The position numbers and the translations under genes were made by a program. 64,000 nt of DNA from Balanoglossus misakiensis (taxonomy: Eukaryota > Animalia > Hemichordata), in contig CM082577.2 of NCBI GenBank assembly GCA_040954595.2, positions 15,879,903-15,943,902 on the forward strand. Reading direction: 5' to 3'. A model generated the notes under the pieces. The model saw only the letters and a program-made list of their open reading frames with translations. It searched no databases and was not told the DNA's origin. Position 1 is the stretch's first letter, and each line of letters opens with the position of its first letter. Of this stretch, positions 12,145 to 24,520 are shown piece after piece.

Positions 12145-13131
12145 CAGAAAAAAAAACGGAAAAGGGAGACACGTGGTTGATTGAAATGAATATTTGAATA
12201 TGACTGAGAGGTATGAGTGTATGCCGGCCTGTATGAGTGAGTGTACGATTGGCGTGTCCCATGATTCGTTTAATGTTACGTAAGTTGTCGAATGACATTT
12301 TATTATCCGTTGTTTGCTGAGTTTAGTTGTAAGTGCTGTGCAACCTGGTTCCCGTGTCACTCTGTTTAAATGTGTTTATGTATTTGAGTTGTAAAGAAAT
12401 TACCAGTGAAGTTTGAAGTTGCAGAGATTTTAACATTGGAGAAAAATGTTGTGAGTTGAATTTGCCGTTCGTTTGATGACCTAAATATAGATGGTCCAAT
12501 TTGTGTAAATAGCCCCTTTTAATGGCTATGTGTTTGTATAAAGAAACCAAAGAAAATCCCATTTTCGAATGAAGAAAATGCCATTTTCGAAGTTGTAAAG
12601 AGTGGATTTTTGACAAAACGCTAAGATGTTTCAGTTTTAATTTTTTAAAGGTTATTGAATTTGCCCGACACGACGTAACTCGAGAATAAGGAATGTCGGA
12701 TGATCGTTCGATGTAAAAGAATGCAAGAGTGTTTCTTTTGAGTCAATAAGACAACAGATATTCAGATTGTGTTCAATGATGGATACAACGTTTTATGGGT
12801 TTACAGAAGGAGTTGCGATTTTATTGGTTATATTAGTAGGTGGATATGTGTGCGAAGGTTTTATGAGCACATACTATTTTAAGTTTATATGTACTTTTAT
12901 TCTGTAGTAATTTTTGTATTGTAATTTTATAATTTTTCAAGACGATCACTTCATAGACATGACTCGATTTTTTTACTTCAATTTTGTTATATATATTGTA
13001 CTCTTACATTTCAAAATCATACGGTACATCTTAATATATTCTTTGGGTGGAATTGAACGATTACCCTTGGTGTACTGCTCTTTAAGAGATTTGTGTCCAA
13101 TGCGGGACGCATTGGTTTAAAAGGAGGGGAG

Positions 13132-13653
13132 TGTTACGATCTGTATAAAGGTCAAATGCGATTTCAAGGGTTAATTAATCCAGAGCTCGGAAATGTCAAT
13201 GTTTGATAGTATTTGATTTTATGTATTTGAAGTAGATAGGGAGAGCGGGTGTTTAACTGACTGCTCTGATTGTCAATCATCACCGAACTGACTTTGTTAT
13301 ATAACACCTTATGTAAATTGGTTCGTATAGAGTTGACTGATGCCCAATGAAATTGTAACACATATATTTTACATTATTAACCACGCCTTGAGAAAAGTAA
13401 TTATAAGAGAACTTTGTTTCCAAAGTTGAAAAAAGAATAATCTAACGGGAGATGGGAGTACCTCAGGCTACTGAGTTCGTTCCCTTCCTCATGTACTTTA
13501 CTGGGCGTATTTGATGTACTGGAGTAGTTCTGGACAATAAATGAACGTGAATCAGATACGTGTCTCCGTGGATCACTGTTCTCGTCAGAGCCCGATACCT
13601 CATCGCTACAGATTCCCCAATGCATGAACAATCATGAGAAACCAGCCGTAATA
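13132..13653 (+). repeat. 3' LTR (522 bp)
   Basis: Preceded by the PPT and followed by the CTAG TSD. Confidence 0.95.
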
Positions 13654-13762
13654 CTAGATAAAGGTACTGTTGACCTGAAGTACAATGCTGTAAGAAAAGA
13701 ACTTCTTGCAGCAGAAAAACAATCACATGAAAGTATCATCACCACATCTGCTCTAATCCTGC

Positions 13763-14344
13763 TTACGCTGCTTGAATATCAGGCCTTGTATAGTCCCTAT
13801 AACACTTTCTAAGATAGTGACCCTCAGCAGCAACCAACTCACGACTGAGAAGTGCACGAATTTTACTGTCATTTTTTCTTGTTGCTGCCTCCCTAAATGT
13901 GTTGTCTGTACGCAATTGCTGACAACGAACTAAAGGAGCTCTTGTCCTACTTCCCTTCATGTACTTGGTGGTGGAGCAAAATTGGCAAATATGATCGTAC
14001 ACCCGAGACCCTTGTATGCTCGACCTCTTTTCACGTTCCAGTGTATTTGTTCCCTCAGTTGATGACGACTGCTCTTTAGAAAGGATAGATTCAAGAGCCT
14101 TTTTCATCGTAAAGAGACTTCGGCATTTCCGATGGTACTGCACCTGAGGAATTTCACCTTCGCCCAAACCAATGGCGAGGTCCTGAATTGGTTTGTATTT
14201 TTGTATGTTAGCTGTATTCAGCAAAGTTATCCAGGAGGCGTGATCTTGTAGAGTAACGAGGCTTGCTTTATGGTCGGATTCATGACAGTCGAGAAAACAA
14301 TCCCGTCGAGCCCTCTTGTGTGGAATAGAAGATGGGCTTGCCAT
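13763..14344 (-). pseudogene. Inverted second copy of the Academ-like transposase 5' fragment
   Basis: 193-aa ORF nearly identical to the + strand copy at 9811-10345. Confidence 0.8.
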
Positions 14345-17300
14345 TTTTTATTTATTATAGTAGACCTGAATATAAATAGATCATGCTCATATTGTGTTGA
14401 GGAAAAAAAATAAGCAGATTTTTGAATGGCTTGTCATCTGCTGTGCCTGTACACTGTAGGATGGTATCCAACAATAATACACAATCAGAGCTACAATGCT
14501 ATAATGGCCCCTTCTCGTAGTATTGTTAGGAATCATCATACAAGTACCGTGCACATGAGCAGCATGCAAAGGTTCACAAATCTGCACATCCGTTCTCCTA
14601 AACACCATATGTGCATGATCAGTTGGGTGTATACTTACCTGTTAGATGGCCAAACCTACCCCAAAATCCGTGGGAATTGTTTTTTATTATCCCGTTTCTC
14701 TACTAATTTTTTTTTCTGATTTTAATTGAATAATAAGGTCTTCAATTGGTCCGGAAAAAAAATGGTATAGAGTATTTTATCTCATAAATGACATTTGAAG
14801 ACTTGGGTTTAAACAATTAATGCGGGAAATGTTCGTACCATAATATTTCGAAATTACCCAAATCTTGTGATCTTTTGACCTCTTTGACCTAAATTCAGAA
14901 CAAAATTGCAACAAATACATATACAATCGCTAGAGTGCAAAAAAAACACACAATTTGAGAGGTAGATGACTGTTCTGGCTTTATTTTTGCCGGAGTTACA
15001 ACTACTTAAGTTTCCCCTACCCCAATATCAGGGTCTGAAGTCTTGTGCCATTCTTCCGTATCTCTGTATTTGTGTTTTTCTGATCGTAATTGAATAATAG
15101 GGTTTTTTATTGGTTTGAAATAGATTCTGGGAGAGTATTTTATCTTCTAAATGACATTTAAAGACTTAAGTTAAAAAAAATCGTTCAAGAAATAGTCATA
15201 CTACAAATGTTCAGAATGACCCAAATTTCATGACCTTTTGACCTCTATTGGCCTTAATTCAAAACGAATTACCACCAAAATATATTATATTGGTAGAGTT
15301 CTAAAAACACACAATTTGAGTGGTAGATGACTGTTCTGGGTTTATTTTTGCCGGAGATACAAGAACTTAAGTTTCCCCTACCCTTAAATCTGAGTGGAAA
15401 ATTGGATGTCTTTCTGTCGTTTCTCCTTATTTGTGTTTTTCTGGTCATAAATGAATAATAAGATTTTCTATTGGTTTGAAATACATTCTGGGAGAGTATT
15501 TTATCTTATAAATGACATTTAAAGACTTAAGTTCAAAACTATCGTTCAAGAAATAGTCATACTACAAATTTTCAGAATGACCCAAATTTCATGACCTTTT
15601 GACCTCTATTGACCTTAATTCAAAACGAATAAGCACCAAAATATATTATATTGGTAGAGTTCTAAAAAACACACAATTTGAGTGGTAAATGACTGTTCTG
15701 GCTTTAGTTTTGCTGGAGATACAGCAATTTAAAGTTCCCCTACCCCCAAAATTTGGGTCGGAAATTTTTATGTTCTTACATTAGTTTTTGAGGGAAAAAA
15801 TGCAGAAAGCTACTCGATAGGCAGGGCTATCACCCCAATTTATAATCTAGAGATATAGGCCTTTCCAAAAAACCACATGAGGCTTTGTCCATCTTTCTGA
15901 TACCAAATTCCTGTCTGGCCCATGGACTAAATACGAGACTGCATGTAGTCGAGCGAGCACGTGCGAGCGGATAGTGTCGTTGCTTCCATCGATGAGGCGA
16001 ATAGAGACGTAGCGCTAATAAATAGTGTCTGTCATGACTATCACATCAAAACTGTCCTTTACGCTAAATACAAGGAAACATCAGGCTAAGTCGGCGAGGT
16101 CTTTACTCCACGTGTCTTCATTACCGAGAAGCCATTTGTATCTGATCGATTTTGCATACTGGTCAGGAAGCCACGCCTTACAGCCTCGTTCGCGGATGAC
16201 CTGTTTCAGTGTAGTGATGTATGTGATGTGGCGTGTATTTACGCCACTATCTGCTAAAGGATTGTTCAGAAATACTTCCAGGGGGTGGTGGATTTGCAGG
16301 CGGGGAGAGGGCATAGATTTTTGCATGAAAATTTGAGAGGTCCACTAAAAATACCACAGTCTTTTTTTATATTCTTTTATTGGGGGGGGGGGGGGGGGGG
16401 GGCTATGAACAAAACCCAGCTTATTTATTCCCATGCCTCAATGAGATATGTCCTTGTAAGATTAGAAGAAATCTTTTCGGTGGCACTACCTACAAAACTT
16501 TCTTTCACTATCTGTTATTTTAAAGAATTCCTATAATACCCTCACCGGAACTTCACACTGTCAGATAGATCAGTGATTACAGTTGTAGGTTCGTTGTTCT
16601 GTTATTAACCCCTCTGTAAATACTGGGTATTTGATCTATGAAGTTTGGATGGTTATGATCACAATATCTAGTATAGCTTGAATATGCACAGCTGAAACTA
16701 CTGTATTAGTTAACTGATGTTTTTTTAAGATGTTAATTTGATATCAACTGTGACTGATGTGTTGGGATTGGTGATGCAATGCAGTGCAAACGCAATAACT
16801 GATGTGATGCGAACATGTTGCTTGATACAATACGATCATTCTTGAGATGTGGTGCTAATACAAAGTGACATGTGAACTCTTGTCGGATCTGTACTGTACT
16901 GTCTGTTACATTCAACTTTTTTTTAAGATTTGAACTCAAAAGTATCTTCAACCAGTCATAAACATCATATTTTCTGTTCATTTTTCTATGTCTGAACCCA
17001 GGGTCTCAACCTGATAATTTTAACTCACTAAATTCTAAAGTTCAATTAACTTATTCAAATTATAGAAGTTGACCAGATAATTCTCTGAAAAAGATGCACA
17101 GTTTCAATCTTCCACTTGTTTCATGACATACAATTGTTATGTTTGCCCCAGCGTTAAACTGCCTTTCTATTGCTTTTATAACAGAGAGGGTCAGGTACGG
17201 CCCGATTTCATACCCAGAAACCTGGGAAGACCACGTGATCATAAACAAGATGGATGCCTCCAATGTCCGTATGCCAGTCAAGATTCATCCAGGCTGTTTA

Positions 17301-18839
17301 TTTTGTTTCGTTTGTTGTAAAGTTGGAAATCGAATGATAAACATTCATGGAGGTGAAGGAGAGAACGGGAAATGAGTATCTTACAACAACTTATCAACTT
17401 AACAACTTAATGTTCGTATGTATTGACCAATGAGAGCCATGTTTACAATAGGCTGTGCCTGACCCTTTCCCTTTAGCGTAGCGCAGCCAGCGGTGGGATT
17501 GGGGCAGGGAACCAGACTATCGGGCCACGCCCTCGGGCCTTATGGCCATCGCACCACGAAACGCCGAATCGGGCCTTCGGTCCTCAAAAGATACGGGCCT
17601 TACGGCCCTCACATGAAACACCAAATCGATACACATTAGGCACGAGGGACTGTTGACAGTCTATTTCGCTAGGAAACGGATGCAATCATCTTCGCCAGCC
17701 AAGACTCTAGGTACAGTGCTGTGTTTTAAGCTCAAAGTCACATGTAAAGTTGTTCTTGAATTTAACAAGCTTTGTAAAAATATTCATGTTGCTCATTGTT
17801 GGATCATGGTAGAAGATTGGCTGTTTTACAGCTCTTTCTTGATATGAAACTTCTTTATTCTTTGCATTTGAAGAGTCCAATGCAATGCTTGTAACCCGAG
17901 CAGGATCCACCCCCCCCCCCCTTCTCCTCCTTCACAAAAGAGGAATTCATCTGACATGGCAATTAAGTCTGCACATGCCACTGTAGACTCTCTCACAGCC
18001 CCTCTCGCCATCTACGAAGACTTCGGCAAAAACCGACGAGGAGGCTGTTATCAATCATTTTCCAGATTTTATTTCTGATTTTTCGATTGGCTAATCCAAA
18101 CCCTGCCCCCCAAGTTTACATTTTCTCAGCCTTTGGTTGTTGTACATGAGATTGACTTTCCTTGTTTACAAAATCAAATTGTATGCTAGAATTCTATGCT
18201 ATGAAAGCAGACCCCCCGTAGTTAATGATTAAGCAAATAGTTTTACTTACATAAAATACACAGCGCAATCTATTAATGTATATACCTCAGTAAAAGACCC
18301 ATCTTTCATTCCGCAATGTTAAGCTCAGAACAGGCCCAAGAGGCTGTCGAATTTACGAGAACTCAATGTAAAATCGACAGTTTAAAGAGCCTATCTTACC
18401 TCGAAACACACTTTTGAGGATAAATAATATTTGGGCTTGTGTGTTAAATGCTGGTGTCCTTTTACTTATTTCATATGGATAAATAAATGTTAAATTAAAA
18501 AATGTTCAGGGCCTGAGAAAAAAGTTCTGTTTAGGCCACGCCCATTTCCGTGACGTCACAAGAGGAACCCATTTACGTTTGCAACAGACTTAGCACTGTA
18601 CATTGCAGTAGTTGAATTGCAACCAAATGACTGTGATCTAAATGGCTTTGCTGTGTCAGCCTGGGTACAACTCTGTATCCCCCGTACCCTTCAAAATAAA
18701 CGTACATATGTCTACCTTATCATCTAGGGGAGATGCGATTATGAAAAAATAGCGTCAAGGACACTGTGGTCCCATTTGAGGATTATGCGGAAACAGTGAC
18801 ACACCAGAATAAAAATTACAGGTGACATTGCAAGCAGAT

Positions 18840-20116
18840 CTGCAAGCAGCAATAGCGGGCCCAAGCCAACATAGCACATAGCAACATAGCAATAAGCATA
18901 TCTGCTCTGGATGCCAAGATATGGAAAAGTAGGTCAAAGGTCACCTGAGGTTATGCAAAATTTGGGCAAGAAATTTTGACCATATACTGGTCCATGTTCA
19001 ACAAAAATCAAACCTATAGCCCTATTGGTTAGCCTGGAATTAGGTATGCACATAATTAATGAGATATGCAGGTGTCACAGATGACCCCAAATTTTGGCTT
19101 TTCAATTTTAGTCCCAACCCTCCAAACGCCAAGTCTGTACCTGTTCTGGATGCCAAGATATGATAAAGTAGGTCAAAGGTCACCTGAGGTCATGCAAAAT
19201 TTGGGCAATAAATTTTGACCTTATACTGGTCCATGTTCAACAAAAGCCAAACCTATAGCCCTATTGGTTAGCCTGGAATTAGGTATGCACATAATTAATG
19301 AGATATGCAGGTGTCACAGGTGACCCCCAATTTTGGCTTTTCAATTTTAGTCACAACCCTCCAAACGCCAAGTCTGTACCTGCTCTGGATGCCGAGATAT
19401 AGGAAAGTAGGTCAAGGGTCACCTGAGGTCACCCAAAATTTGGGCAAGAAATTTTGACCCTATACTGGTCCATGTCGCACAAGAACGAAACCTCTAGCCC
19501 TATTAGTTAGCCCGGAATTAGGTATGCACATAATTAATGTGTTAAGCAGGTGTTACAGGTGAGCCCAAAATTTTGCCTTTTATTTTGGCCCCATTGTGCT
19601 CACTGACCAATAGACAGTCACTGTACAGGACTATTGCACAGACCAGAATTCCACAATAAGACGTGGACATAGCTTAACCATAGAGGTATAAGTAAAGGTA
19701 TAAATTTAATAAAAAGACTAAAAAATTCATAAAAAATAAAACATCCATGATATTAACTTTACACTTACAGGTCGATGTGAGGTTGACATATGGTACAAGC
19801 TTACCAATTTTTAAAGCAATCTGACGAGTAGTTGTTGACTTTCAGAGTTTTGATAAATTTCACATTTTTCCAGCTATTTGCATATTTTTGGGCCTGGCAA
19901 CTTCGTTTGGACAAACTCCCATCTACAGCCCAGCCTGCACCTACACACCAAATATTGAGGTGATACGCGCAGCGGTTTTCAAGTTTTTGATGTGGACGGA
20001 CATACAGACATACATCCATACATACATCCATCCATCCATCCATACATACATACAGACGCAACCGATCCCATAAGGTCCCATGGTATATATGCCTATACCA
20101 ATGGGACCTAAAAAAC
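18840..20116 (-). mobile_element. Helentron/HINE-like non-autonomous element with internal 239-bp tandem repeats
   Basis: Terminal hairpin AGGTCCCATGGTAT...ATACCAATGGGACCT+A-run, (CATA/CATC)n microsatellite at ~20005-20055, CTGCAAGCAGCAATAGCGGGCCC at the other end. Repeat units at ~18907, 19146 and 19385. Confidence 0.6.
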
Positions 20117-22363
20117 CAACTCGGCCCGGTTAGGCTATGGCTACACATTGCAAGCAGTACACAACATGCAATGGCAGCGGATGTGTATAGGCACCTTCCA
20201 CATACAATGATTGCTGCCTCGATTAAACCGTGGAATATTGCCCAGATGTTTAGGTCTAGAGTGTTGGGTCTAAATCTACTTATCTTGGACAATGTCAACT
20301 TATTGATAACTGATCGTGGTCTTTTGGCGATTTTCGATGACTGCCTCAACAGACAAAATACGCGGACAAGGCCAAGGGAACTCCATCAGCGCCGATCGGC
20401 AGCGATGACACATATCGCGCCGCGATGTATATTTACTACCAGCTCTAAAATTCTGTCTTCTGAATTACATGTGAGCTATGCCTTTTTGGTGATGACAAAC
20501 AGAAACATTTATGACATGTCGCTGTAATCATGGAAGTTCCTTGACATGCTTCATACTGCATTATAACAAAATGAAACCATACAGCCATCAGCAACAGGCG
20601 ATCATGCCAGGCCGACCCACTCATGCTCACAAAGCATGAAACATTTTCATTGATACACACGAATATCTAAGTTTGGAAACGGTTTTCACTCACACGAGGC
20701 AAAATTTATTCAACACATTTTGTTTCAAAATTTGTACAGTGTGTTTTGGAGCCGATGAGTCGGACATAGCGCGACGTAAAACTTGTAAACAAAGAAATTA
20801 GAAAAGAAAGATGGCGACCATTCAGCCGAAGCCATACAAAGATACGACTGAAATAGTAACGGTAATATTTTGAACGTTCAAGTTAATAATAAACAATCTC
20901 AACATGATGTCGGCCAACGCAAAATTGTGTTTACGCATCCTGCCATTTCACCTATACACTCCCATGGCCAGTATAGGAACGGCCCAGTATCGGAACACGC
21001 GAGAGTTTATGGCACAATTTCTCGTGTTTGTCGAGACATCCGGGGTGTTGTTTGTGCTGAAAAATCTGCATATATGTGCAGACGACAGGTTGGTGGTTGC
21101 TGGTGGTAGACTGATTTCTCTCAAATTCATTTTTCGGTAAGTTTTTTTTACTTATGCGACATAAAATAATCGCGCGTCTTATGCGAATACGCCCTGAACT
21201 TTTCAATGACAATCAGAATATTTACCGTAAAGAAAATGTATTTAGTTTCAGCGTCGAAATTCCATCGAAATTTAACGTATTTGTTGTTATCGTTCGGATT
21301 ATGTGCATTGAATATTTCACAATATTTACTTTCGTTATGAAAAAGTCATCTTTCTCAGGGTGTGTACATGCCCAGTTTCGGAACACGGTGATTTCGGGAG
21401 TCTTAGAAAGCATGTTGGATAAAACATTTTCCGATTGAACCTTTGTGAATGTGATCGTATACTGTGTACGCGACCAACATTCGTTTCAAGTGTCTGCATA
21501 TTGATCTATCGGTCGGGTCGGTCGTAGCATATTCATAAATCACATTTTTTTGAAGATTTTCAGTTTTTATTGACTGTTACTCGTAAAATTTATCCTAAAA
21601 ACATCCCAGTACGTAAATTATTTCATATTAAAAGATGAGAATCACACTTGAGTATTCATGACTACACTGCTTACGCCGTACAATAATTGCTGGGATATCT
21701 CCCTTGCTCAATACTCGAACTCGCACAGCACGCGAGATATCACAATTCTGGCCGATTCTAGTCCCTAAACATTGTATCAACCAAATTCAGCCGATTTCTT
21801 TAGTAACTCGTGTCTCTGAGACAGATATTGTTCAAAATTTTGGCATTTTTGTTTTTGTTTTGTTTTGTTGCTTGTGTACGGTACTACAAGTAACCGCGGG
21901 TGGAGCGCCCTCGATGTCCACAGCTGATCGTTTTATTTAGCATTAGTCCTCCTTAAATCTGTCAAAAACCAATTATAAATAACATTCATTTTTCAAAAGA
22001 ACCCATTTTACTAAAAGGGGATAACATGTTTAGGTGTAGGTCACATAAGTAGGTGATTATTTTGCATTGAAAATCTGTATTTTTTCAGCACTTGTACTTT
22101 CTGTACTGATATTATTCAAACAAAAAATGAGCAAGCAAATTTTAATTTGAGAATGTTTTTTTTTGTATAAAATGATAATTTACAGTTTAAAGTATTCAAA
22201 ATGCATGCATGAGTAAAAAGCCTTTACACAATAATTATGCATGTACCTGTATACGAATCACCTGATTTTTGTATAGCACATATTGTTACACTGCCCACTT
22301 ATCATTTTTTCAGTTAGACTTACTAAATTCTGCATTAGCATGTTTGTAACAAAACATTGTTTA

Positions 22364-22504
22364 GAGAATAATGAACGCCCCAAAGACCCATAATGGACGA
22401 AAGCACACATTGTGCGTCATAATATACGAGGCGAAGCCGAGTATATTATGGAGCACAATGTGTGCTTGAGTCCATTATGGGTCTTTGGGGCGTTCATTAT
22501 TCTC
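22364..22504. repeat. 141-bp palindrome with GAGGCGAAGCCGAG apex (Crypton-type terminal hairpin)
   Basis: GAGAATAATGAACGCCCCAAAGACCCATAATGGAC... and its reverse complement. Confidence 0.75.
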
Positions 22505-23439
22505 ATTATTTTATAGTTTTGTCAATGCCAGTGAATTTGCAGACTTCAAAAAGTATAGGTGCGAACAATTCAGACTCGGACACGGAGATCGAGAACAGAG
22601 CAATGGCGTACGCGTAAACAAAAGGTCACCTGATCGCGGTGTGTCAGTGTACTGTACATTTCTAGTATCATATTCAAACATCAGGAAATAAATAATGAAG
22701 GTTCATTTACGCATGTGAAAATTCATTTAAGGGTTCTGCTAAAATATATCTGAAAAAGTTTCGATTTTTGTGTAATCTTGGGGAGGACTCGGGGAATATT
22801 TGAATTTGTTTGCGTTCTCAGGAAAGTTCACGTATACGGGCGCTCGGAAGGTTGCAATACATAAACAAACTCGCCCTCGATCGACCCTCCGTACCGCGTA
22901 GACAACATGACAGTGACACTTGCGGCATATTTTTTTTTTACGTATAGCTTCGTTGACATGATTGCTTGGTACATGGTATGGTGAACGAATGTCAAATCCA
23001 GCATCATGGAGAGGTTTGCTTTACGTGCGTGAGCGAGCCATGTTGACTGCGCGTGATTCAAGAGCAGACGACATGTACTGCATCCGTAGGAAGAAAAAAT
23101 AAACAAAACGCCAGTCGAGGACAGATTTGGAAATTAATAAAAATCGCCGTATTTATTCTGTGTACGTTTGCATTTCTTTTTTAGCCCTTAAAATGTTCGC
23201 ATTGTTTGAAATCCTCCGTTATTCAGTCGGAAATTGTACACGTCCACTGGTTCTTGGGCGCGTCGCGCGTCCATCGAATAACATGATACATTATCAGTAA
23301 TAATGTATAGCTATGACATCACAAAATTCACTGGTATTGATAAAGCTATAATATAATTTTCATTATGATAGCTGATGGTTGACTGGGGCACAATGCTGAA
23401 AAAACAATACGAAGAAGCAATGAGTGACGTGTCAAAAGA

Positions 23440-24520
23440 ATGTCTATAAGGAAGGCTGCAGCCAAGTGGGGTGTGAAGGCAACACCTTTACATACTAGAT
23501 TAACGGGGAGTGTTGATGTTTCTCGTCGGAGTGGCCCCCAACCCATCCTTACAATAACAGAAGAAAAGTTATTATCACAGTGGTTGATTGAAATGGCCAA
23601 AAGAGGGTTTGGCGTGACCATCACACAACTCCTTGCGACTGTAAAGGCCATAAAGAAACCCAGAAATCACTTTAATTAACACAAAAATCCTCGCTCTAAA
23701 GAGAGCTATGATCACAAAAGAACATGTGAATCAGTGGTTCATCGATTTTGAAACCTTTATCTCAGACCATAATTTATTAAATTGTCCCTTGCAAATATGG
23801 AATGCAGATGAATCTGGTTTTACATTGAAACCAAAGCCAGGAAAGTTTTGGGCCCATCCCAAAATAAAACGTGTCCAATCGTAACCTCAAACAGTAAGGG
23901 TCAAATAACCATATTGGCCTGTATTAATGCTGGGGGTCAAAGCATGCCTCCACATGCCATTTTTCAGGGCATAAACAAACCTGCTATGTGGAACCCATTG
24001 GCTGGTGGTGTTGATGGTTCAACATGTACATTCACAGAATCAGGCTGGATGGATACCCCATCTTTCTATGAGTGGTTTGCTAATGTCTTCTTGCAGAACT
24101 TGACACAGCACAGACCAGTTGTACTTCTCCTGGACAGCCACAGTTCACATATCAATTATGAAACATTCAAACTTGCTGAAGCCAACAATGTATATCTTTA
24201 CCGATTCCTCCCTAACGCATCACACCTCTTGCAACCATGTGACACAGGGTTATTTGGCCCTTTGAAATCATCATGATCACAAGCAGTTCAGGAATACCTC
24301 TCAGAAAATCCCGGATCAGATGTCACTAAAAGGGAATTCTCAAGAATATTCAGGAAACCTTGGAATAGAAGTGTGACACCATCACACATATGTGAGACCT
24401 TCAAGAAAAGCGGCGTTTACCCCATTCACAGAAATGCTATCAACACCAAACAACTGTTACCTGGTGAAACATTTGCTGAGATATGTGAACATCCTTCAAA
24501 TGTAGCTACATCTGCAGCCA
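23440..24520 (+). pseudogene. pogo/Tigger-family (HTH_psq + CENP-B HTH + DDE_1) transposase pseudogene
   Basis: MSIRKAAAKWGV HTH, IWNADESGF, ESGWMD, LLLLDSHSSH, LQPCD. Contains frameshifts and a TGA at 24274. Confidence 0.88.

Larger units (their letters stand above)
10655..13653 (+). mobile_element. Non-autonomous gag-only LTR retrotransposon (3.0 kb)
   Basis: Two 522-bp LTRs, TSD CTAG on both sides, PBS TGGTGGAGAT (tRNA-Ala-like) at 11179, PPT AAAAGGAGGGGAG at 13119-13131, no pol. Confidence 0.93.
9811..13760 (+). pseudogene. N-terminal part of an Academ-like transposase, frameshifted and split by an LTR insertion
   Basis: Motifs HRKCRSLFTMKK, CIFC and SRELVAAEGHYH. Reading continues across the LTR insertion (VLVYPSSL|DKGTVDLK). 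Family call rests on these motifs plus TAG termini and 3-bp TSD. Confidence 0.7.
8211..15929. mobile_element. Academ-type DNA transposon derivative with ~2.1-kb inverted arms (foldback)
   Basis: Termini TAGTCCATGGGCCAG...CTGGCCCATGGACTA with 3-bp TSD AAT (8208-8210, 15930-15932). Arm 8211-~10345 is inverted at ~13760-15929. Confidence 0.85.

Noticed and set aside
10687-13726. Duplicated small ORFs (65 and 76 aa)
   Set aside because: Chance ORFs inside the two LTRs.
16382-16402. Poly-G tract (also poly-C at ~36055-36082) as a functional G-quadruplex
   Set aside because: Simple homopolymers of unreliable length with no supporting context.
17440-17612. GC-rich segment ending CCAGACTA plus CGGGCCTT repeats as a MITE
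   Set aside because: Could not find a matching opposite terminus or TSD.
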